Source: Schmidtea polychroa (lineage: Eukaryota). From it: 64,000 nucleotides of DNA. The translations under genes and the position numbers were made by a program. The DNA lies in the NCBI GenBank assembly GCA_044892525.1, contig CM097885.1:6698001-6762000 (forward strand), written 5' to 3'. Shown here piece after piece: positions 23,390-35,537 of this stretch (positions are counted from its first letter, which is position 1; each line of letters opens with the position of its first letter). The notes beneath the pieces are model-generated. The model saw only the letters and a list, made by a program, of their open reading frames with translations, was not told the origin of the DNA and did no database searches.

Positions 23390-23866
23390 ATGATCAGCAA
23401 CATTAATTATAGAGGAAGATGTGTAGTTAATGGAATGAAGTTTCCATCAGGAAAACCTCAACATGTCGTGGACAGAAGTGGAAAATATCCAATTTTATTC
23501 TTCAAGAGCGGGAAATGTAGGATAATGGGATGTAAGAAACCATTACAGGAAGGCGATCTCAAATATCACATTCAAGATTTACAAATCCAATCAATTACAT
23601 TAACGCTAGATATGGGTACATGCATTGATTTAAATGCATTGTCAAGGAAAACCGATAGTTACTACGAGCCTGAAATATTTCCAGCTTTACGTATTCTCAA
23701 GTATAACCCCCTATGTGTAAATGTTTTTTCAAGTGGGAAAGTTGTTATATTAGGGATTAAAACATTTGATTATTTTAATCAAATTCAAGAAATTCAGAAA
23801 TTCATTAAATCATTAACTATAAATATCACAACAAATGAAGAAATATTGGAATATTTATTAAGTTAA
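23390..23866 (+). CDS. TATA-box-binding protein (TBP)-like protein, 158 aa
   Basis: Two TBP repeats: ISNI..ILFFKSGKCRIMG and IQSI..IDLNAL..YEPEIFPAL..VNVFSSGKVVILG. Compare TBP YEPELFPGL and LIFVSGKVVLTG. Confidence 0.88.
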   Translation: MISNINYRGRCVVNGMKFPSGKPQHVVDRSGKYPILFFKSGKCRIMGCKKPLQEGDLKYHIQDLQIQSITLTLDMGTCIDLNALSRKTDSYYEPEIFPALRILKYNPLCVNVFSSGKVVILGIKTFDYFNQIQEIQKFIKSLTINITTNEEILEYLLS

Positions 23867-23929
23867 TTAAATTAATTTAATTAATTGTGTTTAAATTAAC
23901 TGAATATCTACAATAACAAAAATTCAAAA

Positions 23930-24277
23930 ATGGATGACGATAAGCAAGCTTACATATTCCAGACTATATTAACGAAGATGGAAGAATTGTTCCCGAATAT
24001 AAAGAACAGACTTTCATATTGTGCTCCGGAATTATTAGCTTATAGAATCAAGCAATTAACAGGGATCAATATAGAAGAACTTATACGAAGACATTTCGAA
24101 TCTGTACAAGAATCAATATTTAAATGCATAGACGATTGTGAAGTATGTATGGATCCGATGAAATTACCTTGTCCGTTTAGATGTAGATGCTGCCAAGAAT
24201 ATAAGATGAAAGAAGTTGTTCATATTTTACTAGCAGAATTAAGAAGAGCTTATTACAAGCAAATATTGGATGAATAA
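23930..24277 (+). CDS. 115-aa hypothetical protein with Cys cluster (C-x3-C-x2-C-x7-C-x3-C-x-CC)
   Basis: Clean ORF with AAAAATGG start context. Its stop abuts the right TIR. Confidence 0.7.
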   Translation: MDDDKQAYIFQTILTKMEELFPNIKNRLSYCAPELLAYRIKQLTGINIEELIRRHFESVQESIFKCIDDCEVCMDPMKLPCPFRCRCCQEYKMKEVVHILLAELRRAYYKQILDE

Positions 24278-26233
24278 ATTTTATATCTTTACATTTGTTT
24301 GTGTTTTATGTGTCTAGTTCATTTTTATGTATTTGGTTGATATATTATTACTATTTTTATTATTCCATTAAAATTTTCATTTGACTTTGAAAAATATTTC
24401 ATTGAAATTATCTTAAAATTTTCCATCTAAAATTATCATTGAAAAATATTCCATAAATATTTCCATTAAAAATTACTTAAAAAAAATTATTCCATAAAAA
24501 TTTCCATTAAAAATTACTTAAAAAATTATTCCATAAAAATTTTCACTAAAAAATTTCAATTCTCAAACACCTTCAACTTTTTGTTAATAAATTTTAAAAT
24601 CTTACTTTAATTTACTTATTACATTACATTAATTTACTTATTTAAAAATTATTACTTTAATTTACTTATTTAAAAATTATTACTTATTTAAAATTTTTTA
24701 CCATTGATTACTTAATTTTAAATTTAGACCTTAATTAACTTTAATTTAATTTTTTAGAACCTTAATTTACTTTAATTTAATTTTTTAGAACCTTAATTTA
24801 CTTTAATTTAAAATTTAGAACCTTAATTTACTTTAATTTAATTTTTAGGACCATAATTTACTGTATTTGAAAAATTTAGAACCATAATTTACTTTTAATT
24901 TAATTTTTAGAACCATAATTTACTTTAATTCAAAAATTTGGACCATAATTTACTGTATTTGAAAAATTTAGAACCATAATTTACTTTAATTTAATTTTTA
25001 GAACCATAATTTACTGTAATTTAATTTTTTAGAACCATAATTTACTTTAATTGAAAAAATTTGGACCATAATTTACTTTAATTCAATTTTTAGAACCATT
25101 ATTTACTTTAAATTTAATTTTTGGACCATTATTTACTGTAATTTAATTTTTTAGAACCATTATTTACTTTAATTGAAAAATTTGGACCATAATTTACTGT
25201 ATTTGAAAATTTGGACCATAATTTACTTTAATTTAATTTTTAGAACCATTATTTACAGTAATTGAAAAATTTGGACCATAATTACTTTAATTTAATTTTT
25301 AGACCCATAATTTACTGTAATTTAATTTTTAGGACCATTATTTACTGTAATTTAATTTTTTAGAACCATTATTTACTTTAATTTAATTTTTAGGACCATA
25401 ATTACCTTATTTGAAAAATGTTGACCATAATTTACTTTAATTGAAAAATTTGGACCATTATTTACTTTAATTGAAAAATTTACCACGTTTTTTAGTGTAG
25501 ACCACCTATTTCTCAGGACCAAGGAGACCACCTCACTATAGTCTGAAAAATCCTTGGCTTTTTTAGTGTAGACCGCCTTTTTGTATTGAAAAAATTTTAT
25601 TTGTATTGAAAATCCCAGGACCATCGTTTTTGTATAGAAAAAATTTTATTTGTATTGAAAATCCCAGGACCATCGTTTTTGTATTGAAAAAATTTTATTT
25701 GTATTGAAAATCTCAGGACCATCGAGACCGCCTCACTATAGTCTGAAAAATCCTTGGCTTTTTTAGTGTAGACCACCTTTTTCTATTGAAAAAAATTTAT
25801 TTGTATTGAAAATCCCAGGACCATCGAGACCCCTTCACTATAGCGTGAATAATCCATGCTTTTTTATTGGTAGTCGGATTTTTGTATAGAAAATTTTTTT
25901 TTGTATTGAAAATCCCAGGACCATCGTTTTTGTATTGAAAAAATTTTATTTGTATTGAAAATCTCAGGACCATCGAGACCGCCTCACTATAGTCTGAAAA
26001 ATCCTTGGCTTTTTTAGTGTAGACCACCTTTTTCTATTGAAAAAAATTTATTTGTATTGAAAATCCCAGGACCATCGTTTTTGTATTGAAAAAATTTTTT
26101 TGTATTGAAAATCCCAGGACCATCGAGACCCCTTCACTATAGTCTGAAAAATTGCGTAATCAAAAGTTGCAGCAAAAAATTACGGCAGCAGGGGAGCTAC
26201 TATCTACCTACTAATAATGATGATAATAATGAT

Positions 26234-26280
<47 letters not shown>

Positions 26281-26286
26281 TAATAA

Positions 26287-26337
<51 letters not shown>

Positions 26338-26447
26338 GTAATAAAGGTAATAATAATAATAATAATAAGTAATAAAGGTAATAATAATAATAATAATAAT
26401 AATATAATAATAATAATAATAATAACAATAAAAATAATAATAATAAT

Positions 26448-26526
<79 letters not shown>

Positions 26527-27126
26527 TTAATATTAATAATAATAATTATAATAATAGTAATAATAATACCCTTGTGAGCTGTTGAGTGTAACCAATACCA
26601 TTGAACTCTTTGAAGGTTATTGAACCTCCATAGACCTTCGATGTTCTCAAATACTCACCATTCAAATATCTTTCGAATGAGCTATTAAATAATAAAAAAC
26701 CATTGGCGGGAACTCTGAGAATTTAAATTTTAAAAAATTTAGCATGACTCATCGGAGGAGTCATATGACCTTGAATGAGTCATCGGATGAGTCATATGAC
26801 CTTGAATGAGTCATCGGATGAGTCATATGACCTTGAATGAGTCGTCGGATGAGTCACATGACCTTGAATCAGTCATCGGATGAGTCATATGACCGTGAAT
26901 GAGTCATCGGGTGAGTCATATGACCTTGAATGAGTCATCGGATGAGTCATATGACCTTGAATGCGTCATCGGGTGAGTCATGGTCTTTGTTTCAGTGACC
27001 TTGATGAGTCATATGTCTTTGTTTAAAATTTGACCTTGAAAAAAAAATAAAATGGCGGGGGAGGGGGGAGGGGGTATGTCTTTGTCCCAGAAGGCCGCTG
27101 GTTTAGTGGGCCGCTATCCCTCTACT
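24275..27126. repeat. Right terminal inverted repeat (~2.85 kb), with an internal second terminus ending at 26212
   Basis: Reverse complement of 8088-10914. ..GCTACTATCTACCTACT at 26196-26212. Confidence 0.9.
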
Positions 27127-27229
27127 CGCTGCAACCTGTTACTTTTTTCAACGTTGTATTTCCAAATGTATTTCTCTTTAGATTCCTCCTTTTTTCCTAA
27201 TAAAATACTTCGAAAGTGACCTCATCCCT

Positions 27230-27960
27230 CGATATTTGTTTTGTGCACTTTCATATTGTACTGTGAACCTTACTATTACTTTAACGACAAGCGGACTCGC
27301 TTTCAGTGATCAGAGAGAAAAGTTGGGAAATGTGGTTTCTGTGAATTGTGGAAATTTTGTATCAGTCATAGATCATTTGGCGGCATATGACCCAGTGTTG
27401 AAAGAACTTATTGAACAACCTGGTAGGGCCAACCAAATATTTAAGCCCAACAGTGCAGAATGAAGTAATAGAGATAATTTTTATTGATTTTGGTTCTGAA
27501 TGATGCAGTTTCTCAAGTACACGAACTATCACAATTCATTGATGTTATTCAGCGGATTTATACGTTATACGGATTTATTGGTTCCAGTTTCAAACGTTAG
27601 AACATTCTGTCATTGGTTACAACTAAATTGAATATCAAACTCAAGGCACTGTGCCTAACAAGATGGTCATCCCAGGAAGAGTGCATAGCAGATATATTGA
27701 GAGCATTGATAAATATAAATCTGATCGAGAAAAGAAAAGATATAATTGAATTTGTTTATCTTCTGGTTGTGCTCACAAAAAGTTTTCAAAGTGTGAATAT
27801 TATATCAAAAATTGCTCCAGGCTGATAAAATTGACTTAATGAGTGTTTCAACTCTGCTTAAAATTATGTTTGAACTCATGTCAGCATTCAGGAACAAATC
27901 GAATGAATACTATATTGCCAAGGAAATGGCAGTCTCTCTTGCCCACCAACCAATGGTGTG
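27230..27960 (+). pseudogene. Degenerate hAT (ZMYM1/DUF4371-like) transposase remnant
   Basis: GLAF..N.GNF..LAAYDPVLKE..YLSP.VQNE and LKALCLTRWSS motifs, with many stops. Confidence 0.7.
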
Positions 27961-29626
27961 TAGAGACAAATTTTGGCTTATCGGTTTAGAGGAATGCGGG
28001 TTGTGGTAAATAAATTTGGCATACTGCCATCACAGATGATCATCTATTCACAAAGGCGAAAAGGTTACAACAGTATAAAGGTTAGATCATATTACTGTAC
28101 CTCAGAAGGAATTCATTCCGGCAACTACAGCGGCTATAGTGGAACAGAAAATATTATAGAAACCAAGATTACCCGAACATCCAACAACATCAGAGCAACC
28201 ACAGGCAAAGAGAAAATGGAAGTCACCAGAAGATCTACCACCACCTCCAACAATATCGATAGGTGAAGAAGATGAATACAAAACATGCGTGAGTGAAGCA
28301 GAAACAGCGAAATCAACCAAACAACCTAACAGCGCTGCCTACCAGCCGACGGAAGGGAAAAAAGTTGCGACAGTCAAAGAAAACTAAGAACTAAAAAGAT
28401 ATTAAAGAAAATGTTACCGGCAAAAAGAGATAAATTCAAATTTAAATCTGAAGAGCCATTGAAAGCACCATCCAAAAAGGAGGAAGAAATTAAGATTAGA
28501 CCAAAGGAAATATTTAACGAGCCAGACGACGAGATCATGGAAGTTGCATTCTAACCTCCGGTCAAGGAACTGCAAGAAGTAATTCAGGTGAAGTCGGAAC
28601 CCGTAGTCCGCAAAAAATGTTAAAAATCTCCAAGGAAAATATAATAAAGAAACCTGTGTCAGTTGACGTGGATGGATTCGAACCAATGAGGTAGACGATA
28701 GAGGTAGACTTTGGAAACCCAGAGCCAAAGAGTACGACTGCCTACGTGTCACTACGATGGCTATAAATGGCTATCTAACGTCATATTAACAAGTGCCTTA
28801 GACAATGATAAATCTTAAGCAGTGAGTTTATAGCCAGAAGTTCTAAAGAAGCGGGAAAATAAACTAAAGCGACAATAGGAAATGGTTACAGCACAATGGA
28901 ATTACGCCTATGCAAGGTTCTAGAACCAGATTCCGACTATCTGGATGTCTAATAAATGGAAGTTGCCCATCAAAATTGCCATCGGAACAAATATATAACT
29001 TTATAAAATTGATCGTTCTCGTTACGCCGTTGTTATATAGTATGATTTAAATATATTTAACGAATTTATGGCATTTTAGTGGTGTAATTGCTATAATTTT
29101 TGTTTATAGTAATTTATTTATCCTAGAATTATATGTAAATATTTGTAATATTATTAAAATCTTGTAAACATGATTTGGATTTTAGTATTTCTCGATATGT
29201 ATAGGTTATATAGTATCATTTAATGAATTTCTGAACCTTAGTAGTATAATTGATATATTTTAGTTTTATATGGAATTTTTATCTAGGAGTAGGCAGGTGG
29301 AAGGGCAACGAGTGGAGCGTAAAATCTTATTCATTGTTTTGGTTACAATTTTATATGTTTTCATCAAAAGTCGTAGATATTAATAATCAGCACATCAGCA
29401 ATCATGAATAAGGTGTATCATGGAGTTATAGAATAGGCAAGGCCCTAGTAGAAGCCGAGAATGATATTTAATTGCCAGATCGTCAAATCTTAATAACTAC
29501 TGCAGACATCTAAATACAATAGATAGGATGATCTTCCAAACTGTTCCTTTTCATTAAGCTTCAAAACAATAAGAAACAACAAGCATAGGACAAGCCCAAT
29601 ACTAATAACGGTAGCTATGACAACAG

Positions 29627-29692
<66 letters not shown>

Positions 29693-29784
29693 TAATAATA
29701 ATTAGAAATTTAAAAATAATGAAAATAATAATTATGCAAGATAATTAACCACTATGAGGATAGTAATAAGTTAGTAAGGATCTT

Positions 29785-30786
29785 AGTAGGTAGTTAGTGG
29801 CATACGGGAACAATAGGGGGGGGGGCGGGGTAAAAAATGTTGCAAACTTTTGATTGCATAACTTTTTCCGTAGACATTTTTTGATTACATAATTGTTGCC
29901 GTAATGCCCAATGTTTTCTGGGATTTTAAATACAAAATTTTTTTTTCAATAAACAAGCCAAGGATAAATATTATTTGGGTGGGTCTCCTTGGTCCTGAGA
30001 ATTTCAATAGAAAAGGTGGTTTACATTAAAAACGCATAGTAAATTTTTAAAATAAAGCAAATTATGGGTCTAAAATTTAAAAATAAAGTAAATGATGGGT
30101 CTAAAAAATTTAAGTAAATCAAGGTTCAGATTTTGTTTTGAAATAAAGTAAATTATGGTCTAAATAAGTAAATTATGGGCTAAGATTTTTCAATTAAAGT
30201 AAATTATGGTTCAAATTTTAAAATTAAAGTACATTTAGGTTCTAAAATATTAAATTAAAGTAAATAATGGTCCAAATTTTTAAATTAAAGTAAATTTAGG
30301 TTCTAAAATATTAAATTAAAGTAAATAATTGTTCAAAATTTAAAATTAAAGTTAATTAAGGGCTCAACTAAGTAAATTAAGGTTCGCTTTTTTAAATTAA
30401 GTAAATAATGGCTCTAAAAAAAAATAAAATAAAGTAAATTAAGGTCCTAAAAAATTAAATTAAAGTAATGAATGGGCACAAATAACTAAATTAAGGTTCT
30501 AAAAAATTAAATTAAAGTTAATTAAGGTCCAAATTTTAAAATTAAGTAATCAATGGTATAAAATTTTAAATAAGTAAATTAAAGTAATAATTTTTAAATA
30601 AGTAAATTAAAGTAATGTAATAAGTAAATTAAAGTAAGATTTTTAAATTTATTAACAAAAAATAGAAGGTGTTTGAGAATTGAAATTTTTTAATGAAAAT
30701 TTTTATGGAATAATTTTTTAAGTTAATTTTTAATAGAAATTTTAATGAAATATTTTTAAGATAATTTTTAATGAAAATTTTTATGA

Positions 30787-30838
<52 letters not shown>

Positions 30839-33800
30839 TTAATAATATATCAACCAAATACTATACAACACATAAAAATTAACTAAACACATAAAAATAA
30901 CTAGACACATAACAAAACATATAAACATTAACTAAACACATAAAAATGAACTAAACACATAACAAACATAAAAATTTACCAAACAAATAACAAATGCGTA
31001 GGTATAAACTTTTATTTATTGAAATTAGTCCTCATCGGACAAAATAACGTCATCGATATCGATGTCATCTTCTCCAAAATCTTCATTTAATTCTTCCTCA
31101 TCTTCTCCAAAATCTTCATTTAATTCTTCCTCATCTTCTCCATCATTTTCTCCAACATTTTCTGAAACATTTTCTGCAACAATTTCTCCAACATTTTTTC
31201 CAATATTTAATTCACTTAATCTTACATGCCCATATGCAAGACTAGCATTTTTCCCCACCCAAACCCTTTTGTCATCTTTGTTAGTTAGTGCTATTTTTGT
31301 GTTTTTAATTGTAAAAATTTGATGATTTTTGCTTGTTATTTTAGTCTGAGGAACCGAAAAAATCTGGTTAGTGTTATAACAATCCAGGTATGACTGATGT
31401 TTTATGTCACTACCTTTCAATGTTACACCTTTAGCCTTTTTTGTTTCCTCATCACCAAACAAGCTATAACATTTAGGTCTAAGAAAAACCCATTCCTTAT
31501 ATTTAAGACCTTTATTCTCGTCTTTGAACTTTCCAATGACTGAATCAAGGTTCTTACTATATAAGGAATGACAACTATTGTAATTGGAAGTATCTAATAA
31601 ATTATCTCGAATCATTGCAGGTAAAGAACCTCGAGTTTACAGTTAATGACTTCGAGGAAAAAAGAATCTGTATCACCTGCAACGATATTAATTTTACAAT
31701 TAAACTCATTGCGAAATGATTCCAGATCCTTATATTGCAATTCATACATTCTAAGTTTAGATAGATCAAGTACAGATTGACCAATGTAACTTGGTCTATC
31801 TAAACATATAGAATCTGAATTCAATAATGCCGCGATTAAATTATCGTCTATTTTAATAGATTTTTTAAAAGTTGGCTTTGAAGAATATTTAACTAGTTTA
31901 CCGGCAGTTGTACAAAGACGAAGATTCATTCTTCTCTTTAAATTTTCAACTGTTTTGCCGTATAAACTGTTATTTAGCAATTTATAGTAATTTTTATCTA
32001 AGTTATTTATACTTTTTGACCTTAATTCTGTATTTGTATCTATATATTTTTTTAAAATTGGAGATTACTTAAATCTTACACCCTATTTACACGTGTTACT
32101 TTAACACCAAGTTCCAAATATAATTTTAATAATCTCCAATGAATCACATAATTAGATTTTGGAAGATGAGTTAATAATAATTTTTCAACCTTAGACCCAG
32201 CAGGTTTCATTTTTTCAGCAGCTACAGGGAAATCATCCAACTTATCATGAAGCTCAGAAGGAATTACAAGATCAACTTCAAGAGTGTATCCATAAGACAA
32301 AGATTCAAGATTTAAATTCCTACATTCATCCATTATTAAATCAAATCCATCAAGAACCCAACTAAATTCGCCACAAGGTAATGATTGACTTAAAGCCCAA
32401 CCATAAAGATTATTAATATCTATATATAGTAACTCGGTGTTCTCATCGGTTTTTACGTAATGCTTATTCACAAAAGTAAGACCGCCTCTTATTCCACCCT
32501 CATAAAAGCTAAACATTTCGTTTTCTGTTATGAGCTCAATTGGTTCATTTAAAGACATTAATGCAGAAGACCAAGACATACCAGGAATTCCGAAATAATT
32601 CAATGGTTCCAATCTATTGTGAGCAATATATTTCAACCGAAACTGATGAAAGAAATCAGCCAAAAGAAAACAATCAAGTTTTAGGTAGATCATCATATAA
32701 TCTAATAAAGTTACGCAATTAGTTTCTACCCAAATCTCCTGAGCTTTTTCATACTCAAGCTCAGTGACACCTTCCCAAATTGGTGGTAATTCATAAGTAG
32801 TTTGGAGAATATCTAAAGAAGTGGCGAAATTATAAGGGAAGATTCCTTTTTCAGAAACTATAGTGCCAGAAAAAGCAGAATTAGTAAAAGGCAAAGAATT
32901 CAAAGTTTTGACTGCTTTAGCTAAAGAATCATTGACAAATTGATAAGAATCAATGAATCTTAAGCTAATTTTGCCTAAATGAGCAATCAAAGAAATAAAT
33001 TCTTCAGTCGTTATTGGGATGCAACCTAAAGTCCAATTTTTAAATTTATTTAATCCGTATTTAAGTATATGATGCATATCGTATCCCTTCAAGTTATGAA
33101 ATACGATAGGCAAAATTTTATTTATTTTCCTATTTATGTTACATGTGCTACAAGCTGCACCCAAGTATTTCCCCGTAAAATGATCGTGATCTCTAACAGG
33201 ATCGACGATAGATTTCAAACAAAGATAACAAACAGAAGCACTAACAAATTGACGTTGTTCAATTTTCGTTAATTTAATCATAGGTTTCCTACCCATTTTA
33301 TAATAAAAAGGAAGAACCTTATTTAATGCTATATCCTCTATAGCACTTAAAAAACTCTCGACGCAATCTAAACCTATGAACTGTTGATAAGATTTAGATC
33401 CGTCAAAGTTATTTACAAGTAAAAGACCGGCAGATATTGGCATGTGTCGTTGGAAATGAAGATTATCAGAAGGTAAAATAGCCTCAAAATCGGCATAAAC
33501 TACAAAAGGAGGAGTTACTGTTTTCGACCAGTCACTAAACTGCAATAATTTATTTTGAGGGAAAGTGTAAAGAGTTGTTCCTAATAGATTACGTTTACAT
33601 AATATTTCATGTTTTTCCAGTGCGTTTCTATTATTAAACCCATTCAAACACCGATGACACCATAATGAACGTATGCGTGTAGGACAACTAGTGTTTATGT
33701 GGCAATTCAATAACCTATTTAAATTACTTATAGCAACGTAATGGAAATTGTTTCCTTTATTTAATAGTAGTAAATTAATTACAGTTCCATTTAAAACTTT

Positions 33801-35276
33801 GGAACGATGTATAATGTCTAAATGTGGATGTTTTAAAACGTAATTATCTGTTAATTGTTTGCTATTGTCATAAGAAAAAACATTAATTATTAAGCCGGGA
33901 TTTTTGGCCTCAAATTTTCTAATGTCTTTTAATTTCATGGGTAAATCTAATGGATTATATATTAAGTCTGATAAATTATAACTGGATGTCCTATTTCTAT
34001 ATTGTCTAACAACCTCATCATATTTTAAAATAGCTAAAATGCTATATAAAAAACATGAATCATCGGTGTTTTTTATATTAATTAAACAATATTTATTTTT
34101 TAGACAAGTAAGTTGTTCAATGAAACTCCTACCACTTAATCTACTTAACCTACTTATCTTTGTTATAGTGAAGTGGATTTCTGTAATTTTTTTATAATCC
34201 AACTACTTCCTAACTCTGTAATATTAGTTATTTTCTCATTTAGTTCCCTAATACCTTCATCAAAAAATGATGCAGTTAAAGGTTTTGCGTAATTGGAGAT
34301 ATTATTAACCTTTATTTCCCCGTCTTTTTCAAATTCGATAGTTATTCCGAATTGAATTTTGACGGAGCCTAATTCGTTAATAATATCTCTCAATTTTATA
34401 ATTAATTGTTCTGGAAATATTATTTCCTTTATATTTAAGTCGCTAGTATTTAAACTTAATATTTGATGGGTACCCCTTAGATCTTTTTGTATTATGGGAA
34501 CATTACCCCCTATTTGTATTATATTTATTCCATCCCAAGAATCAAAGGAAGTGAATAATCCATCATTGGATTCAACAACCAATCCGACCTGGGATTCAAC
34601 AAAAGGCAATCCGTCCTGGGATTCAACAAAAGACAATCCGACCTGGGATTCAACAAAAGGCAATCCGACCTGGGATTCAACAAAAGGCAATCCGACCTGG
34701 GATTCAACAAAAGACAATCCGTCCTGGGATTCAACAACCAATCCATCATTGGATTCAACCTCTAATCCAGCCTGGGATTCAACAACTAATCCGACCTGGG
34801 ATTCAAAAGAAGAAGTATCTAATTTAATTTTTTTATTTGTATTATTTTTTTCTATAGTTGAGGGTCTTTTAAAAACACTATCTTTTTTAAAATTAAACCT
34901 ATCTAAATGATTTTTATGTTTATTATAAAAAACGCTATATGATACAGGGTCACTAGTCTTACATACGGGACATATAAAATGTTTTATTATAATATTTTTT
35001 CGTCTAATAATTCTCCATTATAGAATGGCAATTATTATCATGTTCTTTCGATGAACAATAATTTGGATAAAGTATACCTATAAAATAAAAATTTAATAAA
35101 AAAAAATATATATATATAATTTAAATGAAATATTTTAATAAATGTTTACGCAAAAATTTACAAATTTTAATTACTAAAAAATAAAAATTTACTAAATTAA
35201 AAATATTAACATTTAATTAAATAAAAAATTATATTAAATTTCCTTTAAATTATATAAAAAAGTAATCAATACTTAC
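29785..35276 (-). mobile_element. Truncated Polinton (one TIR + full-length but broken pPolB)
   Basis: Terminus AGTAGGTAGTTAGTGG at 29785. TIR similar to 5562-6790. No capsid or integrase genes found beyond the Gypsy insertion. Confidence 0.88.
31025..35075 (-). pseudogene. pPolB pseudogene
   Basis: ORF pieces 34163-34741, 32076-34202, 31612-31980 and 31025-31615 are colinear with 10912-15047. Private frameshifts at ~34190 and ~31623, and CAA>TAA at ~32066. Confidence 0.92.
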
Positions 35277-35394
35277 AGTTATGATGTCTTCAACTTCTGA
35301 ATTCATAAAATCAATAAATCAATAATAATTAAAAATATATTTTCCAAAAACACGCTAAAACGAATATTATTTAAACAAACAACTTTACATAACT
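35277..35394 (-). repeat. 3' LTR
   Basis: Identical to 39731-39848, preceded on the minus strand by the PPT. Confidence 0.95.
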
Positions 35395-35537
35395 CTCCCC
35401 TTCTTTAAGGAACTGCCCATCTCTTAAGCCATTCAATTCGTCTGAGTTTCTTTGTCGTCCCATCACTCAATTCCACCTGGTGTTCTGACAAAAACTTTGA
35501 TATGACAAACGGACCTTCATACTGTAGTCCATCTTTG

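Larger units (their letters stand above)
8088..27126. mobile_element. Near-complete Polinton/Maverick (adintovirus-like endogenous virus), ~19.0 kb
   Basis: Ends AGTAGAGGGATAGCGGCCCACTAAACCAGCGG / CCGCTGGTTTAGTGGGCCGCTATCCCTCTACT. Carries pPolB, protease, MCP, two pentons, integrase and ATPase. Confidence 0.97.

Noticed and set aside
28050..29000. GC-richer coding-like stretch with short ORFs
   Set aside because: Probably a decayed retroelement, but I found no recognisable motif.
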